DNA from: Azolla caroliniana
Taxonomy: Eukaryota; Plantae; Polypodiophyta
NCBI GenBank assembly: GCA_043228905.1
Contig: JBHGNT010000010.1
Location: forward strand, 10,602,001-10,666,000
Length of the DNA stretch: 64,000 nucleotides
Direction of reading: 5' to 3'
Below the pieces are notes generated by a model, which saw only the letters and a program-made list of their open reading frames with translations, was not told where the DNA came from and ran no database searches. The position numbers were made by a program, and so were the translations under genes. Below, piece by piece: positions 49,082 through 61,205 of the stretch. The first letter of the stretch is position 1. The number at the start of each line of letters is the position of its first letter.

Positions 49082-49539
49082 GGCAAAGATGAGTCGGATC
49101 GGAGCAAATCCAATTCCGGAAAGAACAAAGAAGGATCTTCAAAAGAGAACTCTGAGTCGGCCAAGAGGACCAAGAAATCGCCAAAGCAAAAACTACGTTG
49201 ATCCACTCGCCAAAAATGCCCCATAGTTTGATACAGATATAACGAGTATATGGCGCATCATTATGCGTACATGGTGAAGGTGGCAGCCGTGCGTGAGCTA
49301 GGGAGCTATGCAGAAGCGACTAAGGATCCGAATTAGCAGAAGGCCATGGAGGAAGAGATCCACATGCCCACGGCGAATAAGACGTTGGACTTGGTGGACG
49401 TACCAACAGGAGTGAAGCTGGTTGTCGGTGGGTATACAAGGTCAAATACAACATTGATGACTCCGTCAACCAGTAGAAGGCCTAGTTAGTGGCAAAAGGC
49501 TACAGGCAGCAACATGGAATCGATTATGACGAGACCTTC

Positions 49540-52500
49540 TGTTGTCCATAGGCCAATAATATAAATACAAAATATGTAAACTCGTCGGTAGGTAGAAAAG
49601 TAGGTGAGGAAATAGGTAGAACTGAAATAGTCGAGCTTTTGAACCCTCACAATCAGTCGATGGCTCGGCTCTGTCTAAAGAAGAAAACTATATAAACTAA
49701 GATCTGCATACCTCGAGAGCAGGGAGAGATACATAGATTATTTAGAAGGATTAATATCGTAGCAAGGAGCTCTGCAGAAAACTGTTTCCAGCCAAGAGCT
49801 GTGTACTATAATCACTGTGAGCTTTCTCATTTAATATAAATCTCGCTCTTACTGTTCCTTCATTTGTGTATTCTCCCCGTACTCGTAAACCGAGCTACGT
49901 CTACGTCTACCGGGTTGTAGCCAGTGTACGCTCCCCGTCCCCCTAACGTATTCTCGGTGTAGAAGAAGCCTCCACGTAACACGACCCCTTGATACCGATA
50001 GCTTGTGGGCTCATCGAAGGTGTTTCCTCCAGAAACGGTTAACACAATTTGGCATGCCTAGTGGGACAGTTGTAAGGTCATAGCGAACTACGTAAGAGGC
50101 AAACCTCAGCTGCCATTACGTCGCCCAATCGCATCACGCGGTCTCGGCTACCTGCCCGACGCCCTAAGGCAGTCGAGGGAACTTTCGACTTGGCGGTCAT
50201 TGACCAATCTTTCCAGGAACTATCTTAGGCCCACCAGTTGCAATCCTCGCCACTCGATACCCAGTCGTGAGTTGATTCCGCACCGATCTCCCCGCCAAGC
50301 CCTCCAAAGCTCACCCAACCTGACCCTAACCCTTTTTCGGCTTTACTTGAAGACCTGGATCTCGATACCATGCCTTACCCTTACCCAGGATATACAGACG
50401 GCCCCGACACGGAATCGCACACCCGTGCTTTTGTGTCCACATGGCAGCCCAACCACTCGACGCAACAGTTATCAGCTGCCGAAATTGAGTCCTCCAAAAT
50501 CGCAGAATTTGCTCTATCCCTCGATGGCCCGACTACTCGATGGTATTCCCGCCTCAACGTGGGGGAGGTCACAACATTCCAGGAAGTCCGAACAAAGTTT
50601 CTAGAATTATTTCACCGCAAAGTTCCGAAGCGTGAACTGCTCCGACAGTTCTTTTCCATGAGCCAAGAACCTCACGAGACAGTCGCCCAATTCACAATCC
50701 GGTTTCAAGATCTCTACCGACAACTAGCCAACATGTCTCCACACATCACATTCCAGACACCTTGCTTTCCAGCCTACAGGAGCCTCTACGGATGACTCTC
50801 GCACTTACCAATTTTTCTAACCAGACAATCGAGCAAGTCATCGCACGCATCCTCCCCATCGATCGGACACAGCATAGCACGGCTTTCTCCATGGGCTCTT
50901 TGCAAAGTACCCTTCCTCAGGAGGACAATCGGTTCCACCAAGCCCTCCAATGCATAGCCTGCTCGGGCTCGGGCCATCTAGCTCTCGAGTGCCCTCACTG
51001 GCCACATTGTCCAATTTGTCAGTCTCGATCTCACACGATCGAACAATGTGAATACAACATGCTCAACCGCACAACGACGGCTCTGGTTCACCAGATTGAC
51101 CCTCAAAATACATACTCACGGCAGGACGAACGTCAGTCATACCGACATCGGGATAAGGAGCGACCATGATCCCCGGATCGTCAGCACCGCGACGACGACC
51201 GCTACCGCCACGACAACCGTAGGAGATCGGACGACTATCGTGACCAATACTGTGATGACCAATATAGAGCAAACGACAAGTATGACCGGTACGACGACAA
51301 CTGGGATGACCGGTACGATCAGCAGTATTCACGAAATGATAGAAGAAACTCTTACAGAGGTTCGCGGAACAATCGACGGCATAATGACAATTGTCGTCGG
51401 GACCCTCCTCCAAACGTACCGCACAACTCTCTTCCCCATAACATGCCACGAGCCAACACGCCTACACAAGTGGCCGGGAACCGCTCACACCCTTTCCCAG
51501 ACACTAAGCACGGTGACACTAGCAACTCAGCATCGGTTACCTGCTTTAAGTGTAACCAACCCGGCCACTACGCTACCCAATGCCCAACCACGGACCACGG
51601 CAAGGCCCCGGCCGTGAATATTATTATGGCCAATGTTCAACACGTCACTACACGTAGCAAAACCCAGGCCATCCAATGGCAAGTACAATATGACGTCCGA
51701 CAAGCAGCCAAGGAATGGATTGACACCGCCAATAAAAGCAATGTGGAGCGGATGCACACAGAGATGCAGGACATGACCATCGGAGCACCACAGTCCACAG
51801 GACCATCCACCGCGGCAGAAGATGACCATTTGTGGGATGCCCTTACCAGTTCTAGGATCTCGTTGCCATTGCATAAGCTTTTACTGCTTATGCCACGCTT
51901 TCGGGATACATTTGGCTACGCTCACGACTAACGACAAATCGGTTGCACCCCCCTGTTAACCTGACAGATCCAGGGATGGGTCCACCCATCATGGATTCCC
52001 ACAATCCAGTCTTGAAAATCATGATTAAAGGACGCAACCTTCATGGATGCATAATCAACGGTGGCTCCGGCGTGAACGTCATCAGCGCGGCCACATGTCA
52101 CACACTCGGTCTGAACCAATGGGAACCTTGCCCCAATATTACCAACACCAAATACACCACTTGCCTAACGCTCAGCCGGTTCAACAACAACGATACCGTA
52201 TGAACCCCAACTACGCGGCTAAGGTCAAAGAGGAGATCGAAAAGCTCCTCCGAGTAGGTTTTATACGCCCAGTGAAAAGATCCACATGGTTAATCCCAAT
52301 TGTCGTCATCCCCAAGAAAAACGGGAAAATCTGTGTTTGCATTGATTACCGCAACCTCAATGCCGCAACAGTCACGGATGGGTTTCCTCTCCCGTTCACG
52401 AATAGTGTCCTCGACACGGTAGCTGGCCATGAATGCTACAGTTTTCTCGATGGGTTTAGTGGCTATAAGCAAATCAGAATGCACCTGGACGATCAGGAGA

Positions 52501-54036
52501 AAACGGGGTTTGTCACGGAAGGGGTGTCTTCGTGGCTGAGGTAATGATGTTTGGATTAAAAACGGCACCGGCCACATTCCAACGCATCATCACCGAGATT
52601 TTCAATGAGTATATCCCGGCGTTCATGCAAGTTTACCTCAACAACTTTGCCATGCATGGCCAGTGGCTGGACCATATGACCCAGTTACGCCTCTATCTTG
52701 ATCGATATCGACAAGCTCGGTTGAACTTAAATCCGGCAAAATGCACATTCTTGGTGACAAGTGGCAACCTGCTCAGGCACATAGTCAGTCAGGAAGGTAT
52801 CGCCATGGACCCGGATAAAGTGCAAGCCATTTTGAACACTCCTGCGCCCTCTACCACGAAGGCCCTCAGCCGATTCCTGGGCCAAATTAGATGGCATAGC
52901 CTGATGTTACGACACCTAGCCAATTTCGCAATTCCATTGCACGCGGCTATGCATAGATACCCATTTCAGTGGTCTTCAATAGAAGACGAGGCGTACCAAT
53001 CCTTGAAGTTAATGCTCTCCCATGCCCCTGTTGTACAGCCACTAGTCTGGTCGAAACCTTTTCATGTCTTCGTAGACGCATTAGATATAGCCATCGGCAG
53101 CGCGCTCATGCAGCGCACACCACCAAATTGGTACCGGCCAGTGTATTACGCTAGCCGAAGACTCTCGACCACGGAGAAGAACTACTCAACAACTGAACCT
53201 GAGGCCCCCAATATGGTCTACAGCATCAACAAATTCCGGCATTACCTCTTGGGCCGGAAATTCACATTCAACGTCGATCACTCGGCTCTCCTCTACTTGG
53301 TTAATAAATAGGCCTTCATAGGTCACCTGGCCCGATGGATGCTCCTACTACAAGAGTTTGATTTTCAGATCCAGCACTGGCCCAGAGTCCAACATGCCGT
53401 AGCTGACTACCTAAGCCGCCTCGAGTCAGGAAAACCAGCTGAGTCCACCTATGATGATCTACCCGACGCCGCCCTTTTTAGTCTCGCAATGGTGCCAGAC
53501 GAAAATGAAGATGAATGGATCACGGAGATGACCCATTTCCTCAGCACTGGCCTTCCTCCCGACCACCTGCCCTCGACGCTCGGAAACGACTAGTTGTCCA
53601 AAACCAAAACTTTTATCTGGTTTCTGACACCCTCTACCACAAACGCTCGGATGGCATCTGGCGTCGTGCAATCCGTCAATTTGAGAAACATGCAATCCTC
53701 TAGGAGGCACATCACGGAATCGCGGGGGGACATTACGCTGGAGAGGCCACGGCAAGAAAAATATGGCAGAGTGGCTTATGGTGGCCTACAACGAAAAAAG
53801 ATGCTCAAGAATTCTGTCGATGGTGCAATTTGTGTCAACGCATGGGACAATTGACTGAGCAAGCCCGGATGTCGCACCAGCCCATTCTCCCATTAGAACC
53901 ATTTCAAAAGTGGGAGTTAGATTTTGTGGGACCTTTCAAACCAGTCGTGGCTCGCACCGGTAACAAATATATAATCGTGGCCATGGACTATTGCACAAAA
54001 TGGGTCGAGCCTAAGGCACTACGGAACAACACGGCT
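49540..54036 (+). mobile_element. Non-chromoviral Ty3/Gypsy 1 (Athila/Tat-like), degenerate, cut in the integrase by Gypsy 2
   Basis: LTR 49540-50044 (TGTT...AACA); PBS TGGCATGCCTAGTGGGAC at 50050-50067 (tRNA-Arg-like); CFKCNQPGHYATQC, FLDGFSGY, FHVFVDA, LDFVGP. Deletion between PR and RT at about 52132. Confidence 0.88.
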
Positions 54037-57000
54037 TGTTACCGCCTGGTAAAGAAGGCTTAAGGAGGTCCAAACCAGAGTGTGAAAGGAATAGTTATTC
54101 GGTAACTGTTGTAATTAGTAGTATTAATATATACATATTATTATATAAGAAGATGTGGACGGACGGACCGGAATCGGTATGCCGATCCGGATCCGGAATG
54201 ATTCCGTAAAGGTGCCGGTTGGCACCGTTTTGTATTTCGCACCGGAGACCTATATAAAGGCCCGGTTACAATGTAATCAGGAGCGGATAATTAATAAAGC
54301 TTATTGTCTTAATCTTCAAGTGTTGATTACCATTCTGTATTTATTGTTATATCTTACGCGTGTTAATTACGGATGGCTACGTAATCGATTAAGGTCTAAT
54401 TAAGCGTTGTGCCGTAAGTCATTCTGTCGTACCACCCTTTGGTGACGTGTCTTAAGTGGACACCCTGTGTTAGGTTGTTGTCCGGCCCTTGCAATAACAC
54501 AGTTTTTGGCGACCACGATTCCTGCATTATCGCAGTGAACAGCGGTAGGAATGAATGACTAGGCCAACAGACGACCCGGTTACGGAGAGAGCACGAAGAC
54601 TTGCTGAACAGAGACGGTGGCGAGAGGAAATCCGAACGGATCGATCATTTTCCAAAGTGATCCGGAAAGTGGCGGAGGAGTCGCTCCGTCTGCAACAAAA
54701 CGCCTACCCGGACGAAGGAAGCAGCTTAAGCAACCTCCGGGAAGCGGAAACCCTTCTCCAAGCCTTGGCCGGAAGAGACGGCAAATCCGAAGCATTTTCA
54801 GCACTGGAATCGGATTTGGAAGGGGGTTATAGCGTGCATACGATCTATCGCAGCAGTAACGACACCCCAGGAGGACCGGAGGACGAGGAGTCGGATACCT
54901 TACCGACACCGGAACCAGAGTTGGCAGACCGAGAACCTCCGGCACTCGTCGTGGAGCAACCTCCGGAGACGGAAGTGCACCGGCAAAAACATCCAACACC
55001 GAAAGTGGAGCCGGCAACACCAAAGGAAGACCGGCAAAGACCTCAGATGCTGGCGGAACAGCAGGAAAGACCACCGACACCGCTAGGCCGCATACCGACA
55101 CCGGACGATAATATGCCGTTCCAGTACTCCAAGTATCGGGATGACCCGGACGCAGAGGCTCATGTTCACGCGTTTGAACAAACATGGGAAGCGAACCATG
55201 TGTCACAACGGCTAACCGTGGCAGAAGAGGAACGATCCAGGATAGCCGAATTCGGCGTAACATTAGAAGGACCGGCCGCCAGATGGCACCAGACGCAGGA
55301 TCGCAGCACCATCACCACCTTTGCGGACCTGAAAGACAAATTCTTGCACTTCTTCCAGAAGGAGGTGGATCAGCGAGAAATGGTGGGCTTATTTTATACA
55401 ATTCGGCAGGACCCCGGCGAGAGCATCCCACAGTTTGTCATCCGGTTTAAACATATGCACAGTCAGCTTACCCGCGCACCTCCGGAGGAAGAAACGCGGG
55501 CTATATTTTTAGCCGCACTCCGGGAACCTCTACGAATGGTATGCACGGTCATTGACTTTCGCACAAGCACCGTCGACCAGGTCATCGACCGGGTTCGAGA
55601 AATGGAGAAAACGAGCTCTTGGCTAACAATGGGAGCCCTCCAATGAGCATTACCAACCGATGAGGATCTCCGTTTCCGGCAAGCAAACCAATGCACGACC
55701 TGCTTGAATTCCGGACACTCGTCACTGGAGTGCACCATGCGGACCCACTGCTTACTCTGCCAATCTACGAGCCACACGATGGACCGGTGCGAATATAACT
55801 TATTGAATCGGCAAGCTCCACCAATCCGGCAAATCGAGCCACGTAGCAGCCGAGACGAAGAAGACGAACGCTGGCAACAAGAGGAGCGATATCGACCGGC
55901 ACAAGATGTCCGGTACGACAATCGGCGATACAACTATGACCGGTACAAGAGATACGACAAGTACCGAGATTACAATGGACGGTACAAGCATCACAACCGG
56001 GATCACTCCCCCGGGTATCACCAACGACGGGAAGATTACGGGAGGTATGACGACCAACCCCGGCAAGGGTACCGCAACAAAAAGAACTTTAATAAAAAAC
56101 GGCATTTCAAAAATGGGAGCCACCCACGTGAACCGGAAAAAGGCGCCTCAAACAGCCAACCAAACCAGAGCCCCGCGGTTACCACAAGTCCTCCACCGAG
56201 TACAGGAAACAATGCCGAATCCAGCAACACCCGCTATTACTACTGGCAAGAAGGACATTATAGTAATCAATGTCCGGCAAAAAGCTATGATAAGCGACCG
56301 GCAGTAAACATGGTAGTCGCCGAAGTCGCAGACCTCCAGGAGGTCACCACAAGGTCGAAGGAGAAGACTACGGAATGGGAGACACAAGAGGCCATCCGAA
56401 AACAGGCAACAGAATGGGTGAAAAAGGAAAATGACCGAAATGTAGCAGAACTCGCTCAACAGAAGGAGAACACCGAAGAGCTCGCCGGCGGAAGTCAGTC
56501 CGAAAACGTGACATGGCAGGTATTGCAGGAATGCCAGATCACGCTGCCGTTAGGACGACTCTTGTAGCTAGTACCAAGATTCACAGAAGGACTCAAGTCC
56601 GGCATGACGACAGGCGGAACACCACCGGCTCCGGCATTCTTCTCAAATCTGGAAGAAGGACCGGTCATGGTGGACACCAACAATCTGGCAATTACGACCA
56701 TTGTGAAAGGGAAAGAACTCCCCGGCACGATAATAGACGGAGGCTCCGGCGTTAATGTAATCAGCCTCCGGACATGCGATGCTCTTGGAATCCGAGAGTT
56801 GGAGCCATGTCCGTTCTGGCTCCGAATGGCTGACACAAGCTCGGTGCGACCGACAGGATTAATACAGAATTTGGAAGTAACCATCGGGGGCCACACATTC
56901 CGAATCTCAGCTGTAGTTCTCCAGTTGCAGGCTCAAGGAGCGTACCCATTATTGTTGGGACGCCCTTGGTTAAAAACGGCACATATCAAGCAGAACTGGA

Positions 57001-58245
57001 GGAGGAATATGATTACGTTCCGGCGGGGAAAAGCGAAGGTACGGGTACCAACACAACAAAGGAAGGGCACCGGCAAGGATCTGACACCGTTATATGCAGA
57101 GTGTGTCAATATGCTAGAGGGCAGTACTTGTTGGAGAACCCGAAGATTGTACCCCTATTCGAAATTGACATCGCGGAAGCGGTACCACCCTACTTACTGC
57201 AACCGGACGAAACCGAAGCGGAACCGGATAAAGAAGCAATCCGGGAGTTACGGCATGCGCAAGAGGCGTTGGAAAGGGAAATGGTCGTATCCCAGCACGT
57301 AAAAGCGTCCCAATTTGAAGAGGTAAATCTAGGAACGGCGGAGGAGGCAAAACCAGTGCACATCGCCAAAGAAATGAATGCAGAGAACAAAACGGCGATA
57401 ATTACACTCCTCAACGAGTTTCGCGATGTCTTTACCTGGTTGTACGAGGATATGAGAGGCCTGGATCCTCAGTTGTATCAGCACCAGATACATCTGAGCA
57501 AAGATGCCAAGCCGATGGCACAGCGTCGGTACCGGATGAACCCAAACTACGCCGCCAAAGTCAAGGAGGAGATCGACAAATTATTGAGGGTCGGCTTCAT
57601 CCGTCCCGTAAAGAAATCTACATGGCTAAGCCCGATTGTAGTCGTACCGAAAAAGAATGGCAAAATTAGAGTTTGTGTCGACTACCGGAAGCTCAATACG
57701 TCAACGGTAACGGATGCATTTCCACTTCCGTTTACGGATGGAATTTTGGATGCCGTCGCCGGCCATGAAGTCTACAGTTTCTTAGATGGATTCTGCGGGT
57801 ATAATCAGAGGATCAAGAGAAAACGGCTTTCATCACCGAATGGGGAGTGTTTGTTGCGGTGGTGATGATGTTCGGGCTGAAAACGGCACCAACAACATTC
57901 CAACGGATCATCATGGAGATCTTTGGTGAATACATACCAGCTTTGATGCAGGTGTTCCTTGACGACTTCGCCATCTATAGTAGAGAAGAAGATCATTTGC
58001 AGCATCTCAGACTATGTCTAGAGAAGTGTAGGGTGTACCGGCTAAGCCTGAATCCGGCGAAGTGTGTATTTGGAGTGTTCAGCAGAACGCTACTAGGGCA
58101 TATAGTAAGCAAGGAAGGAGTTGACGTAGATCCGGACAAAGTGAAAGCAATCCAGGAAGCACCGGCAACGGCAACGGCAATGGCAAAGGCAAAGGCATTG
58201 AGTCGTTTCCTAGGACAAATCCGCTGGCATAGCCGTATGCTCCGA
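54037..58245 (+). mobile_element. Non-chromoviral Ty3/Gypsy 2 (related to Gypsy 1), cut after RT by Gypsy 3
   Basis: LTR 54037-54499 (TGTTA...TAACA); PBS-like TGGCGACCACG at 54507; gag from 54555, IIDGGSG protease, RVCVDYRKLN and VFLDDF RT, with stops and frameshifts. Confidence 0.88.
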
Positions 58246-59078
58246 TGTCGTGAAGAAAACCGTCCATAGGCGGAATCGGCGCACCAAGGCGTGGGAACCG
58301 GTTCTTCACGCGCGCACGCTCCAAGTAGTACATAGAAGCGAATTAGGAGGATAATCGGCAGGAACGGGCCCTAACTCAAGTGGAGACAAAGACCGCGCGA
58401 ACAGTCTTTTCGGTCGCGCGCGCGAACTGTACGAGTCGGCGGCGTAACTACGCGGATGCGTGAAAAACGGAGCGGATCCCTGTCCAAAAGGGACAGGGAA
58501 TAAAGCTGACAGGACGGCCTGCTCGTCGGCCTATATAAGGAGCGGGAAAGAGCTGTTGCAGGGATATCTCGCGCAGAGAGGACGAAGTGCTGCCGGACCG
58601 TTTCTGGACGCTTCGCTCTCTGTTTCCTTCCTTCTTGAGCTCCATAGCTTTCCGTGCAGGGTTCCGAGGAGGCTCGCGCTGTTTTCGAGGAACGCCCGAG
58701 TGCTTCCGGCAGCACCTCCGACCAGCTACAGCCCCTTTGAGCGTCGAAGTGAACAGGCATCGGCATCTGTTCGCCGGCCTGTTCGGTCGTAACCAACCTG
58801 TGCCCCGTCGAGGGTTGTAGTCGTGTTAGCCGTTTTTCTTAATATACACATTTAGCCATTCGCATCTGTCTGTGTCGGTGTCTGTTCGTGTTCTCCGTGC
58901 TGAAGGGCCGTGTCCCTGTGTACCCCCGGTCCTGCATAGCCGGTTCTCTCTCTTCCCCCTCCCTCGCTTGCTCTTTGGTTCGAGACCCCCGCGGTCCCGC
59001 CTCGATTCCACACGCACTTGCATAATATCCCGACATCTTGGTGAACCCGACGTGAAAGAGGCGGCAGAAGAGCAGAAG

Positions 59079-61205
59079 ATGAGGGGGTCGGATCTCGCAG
59101 AGGCCATGGCTTCGGCCGTGGATCGGATTGTAAACGCGCGCGAGAGCACCGGTGCCCTCGACAGAGCTATTGAGGCGGTCGTCGGTACGATCGGCCGGTT
59201 CGATGGGAAGGATGCCACGAAGTATTTGGCGTCCTACTGTGCAGAGATGCTGATGCGGGACATTCCGGAAGGAAGGCGTCTTGCCGGATTTCCCCGAGTG
59301 GCGATGCCGAGCATCCATGCGGAGGTGCTCGAGGTGCGGGCGGAGAGCCGTACCTAGGAGGAGTTCGAAGGTCGGCTCCTAGAGAAATACGGGCTGGACG
59401 ACGCGCTCCGGCTTTCGAAGCGAAGGTTCATGGAATGGGTGGAGTCCCCGGGGAAGGGAAGAAACGCGTCGGCACTCCTCCGGGAGTTCGAGGAAAACTT
59501 TGCGCGCCTTTCGGCGCTCGACCGAACCATCCTGGACACGAGCCGGGTCTTGCTGTTTGTCAAGTCGGTCGACGAGCGGGATCGGGAGCAAGTGGGCCTC
59601 TTGCTGGAAACCGAAGACGGGCTCACTACCGACTGGGCGGCTGTCAAGAAGGTCTGTGGCCGTTTCGACAAACGGCGAGAATGGGCGGATAACGGGGTAA
59701 CCGGGTCGGGCTCGGTCGCAGCAAGGAAGTTCGAACCAGCGCCACAGGTGCGAAAGGAAGAGACCCGAGAGTGGTTGGAAACCGGTTCGGCTTCGACCGG
59801 CGTAGTCAGAGGCTCAACCGGAGGAGCGGCGCTGGAGGAATTGACGAGGGCGGTAAAGGACCTCCAAATCGCGCAAGCCCGAAGGGAAGGTGGCGAACCG
59901 GCTCGTGACCGACGGCCGGCGGCAGGAAACAGGTGCATGTGGTGCGATGAAGTCGGCCACATTCGGAAGGACTGCGGCGACTTCGCGGAGGCGCTGAGGG
60001 ACAGGGTGGTGTACCTGTGGGAAGGACGGGTGCATGCCAGCGACACCCGAAGGGCCCTGAGCCGAAACGACGGAAAAGGTGGTATGAAAAGGTTGATGGA
60101 AGAGGCGGCGGCCCGACACGCGGAAACCGTCCACTACTCGGCGTCGGCCGGCATTCGAGTCGGGGGCAGCGAGGCCCGAAGGGAAAGCAAAGCCGGATTC
60201 TGGCCGACGATGCTGGAAGGCCTTGCCGGTGCAAGGCTTAAAGGGGAGGAATCGGACCGTGCGGAGAAACGGGTACGGGAGATGACCGGGTGGAGCGACC
60301 CGGTCGAGGAACGGACGGGCTTCGTGGAAGCCGCTTGCCAGAACTACGAGGCTCTGGTAGAAGAGAAGCGGGTGGGGAAACCCGGGACGACCGAGCCCTC
60401 ACAACGATACGAGACCCGGTCCGGGCCAGGACGGGACGAATCCGGCGGGGCCGGCACGCAAGATAAACCCCAGAAGGGCGGGTACCGTCTGGGGACGGAG
60501 ATAGAAAGGACCACGGACTTACGGAAGGTCCTGGAGGAACGGATCCTCGACAGCAAGGTGGAGCTGTCGTTACGAGAGGTGCTGGGAATCGCCAAGAAGG
60601 AGTTCCACGACTCCATCGTGGACTTGGTGAAACGGAAGAGGCTGTCGACGGAGACAGAACCGGAAAGACCGGTGGAAGTGCGGACGACGCACCTAGACGA
60701 CATGGCGCTGGGAGACGAGTGGGCGGAAAGCCACTATTTGAGGCCACACTGGGCCCGAGCGACCACGGAAACCCCGGTGAAGATCGGCGATGTCCAGGAA
60801 CCGGTGACAGCTTTGGTGGACCACGGATCGGAGATCAATTTGATGTCCATGGACTTCTATAAGAAGGGCAAATGGCCGATCAACACCAAGCACGGGTGGA
60901 AAATAAGGGCAGCAACGCGCGCCACCGAGGAACTGCACGGGGCCTGTCCGAATGTGCGAGTCAAGATTGGCGACGTCGAGATTGACCAGCACTTCTTCGT
61001 GCAGGAGACGTCTTCGCATCCGGTCATTCTGGGAGAGCCGTACATCACGGCGGCGCGAATGGAGACCAAAGTGCTGGACAATGGTTCGGCCTACGCGAGA
61101 GTCAAAAGCCAAGACGGGCGCCATTCGGTCCAGTTTCTGACGGTAAGGCCGAACCACGAACGTAACCGCGATTCCCTCGGTTCCGAAACCCGAGAGGATT
61201 TTTAG
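59079..61205 (+). CDS. Gypsy 3 gag plus aspartic protease, with one in-frame TAG at 59355-59357
   Basis: FDGKDATKYL, CMWCDEVGHIRKDC knuckle, ALVDHGSEINLM and VILGEPY protease motifs; ends ...REDF*. Confidence 0.88.

Larger units (their letters stand above)
23154..49539 (+). mobile_element. Old Ty1/Copia B, fragmented host of the nest; pieces at 23154-24811, 32021-32425, 43397-43634 and 49082-49539; 3' part outside the window
   Basis: 5' LTR 23154-23588 with iMet PBS at 23589-23600. Gag carries an internal deletion. Integrase reads PEQN|GVVERKNRS across the first insertion, and RT motifs (MAHHYAYM, VAKGY, GIDYDETF) resume after 49082. Confidence 0.85.

Noticed and set aside
58164-58197. GCAA(C/T/A)G hexamer run (ATATAMAKAKA) in Gypsy 2 pol
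   Set aside because: Local slippage in an already disabled element.
59355-59357. Programmed read-through at the TAG in Gypsy 3 gag
   Set aside because: More simply a TGG-to-TAG mutation; no read-through context seen.
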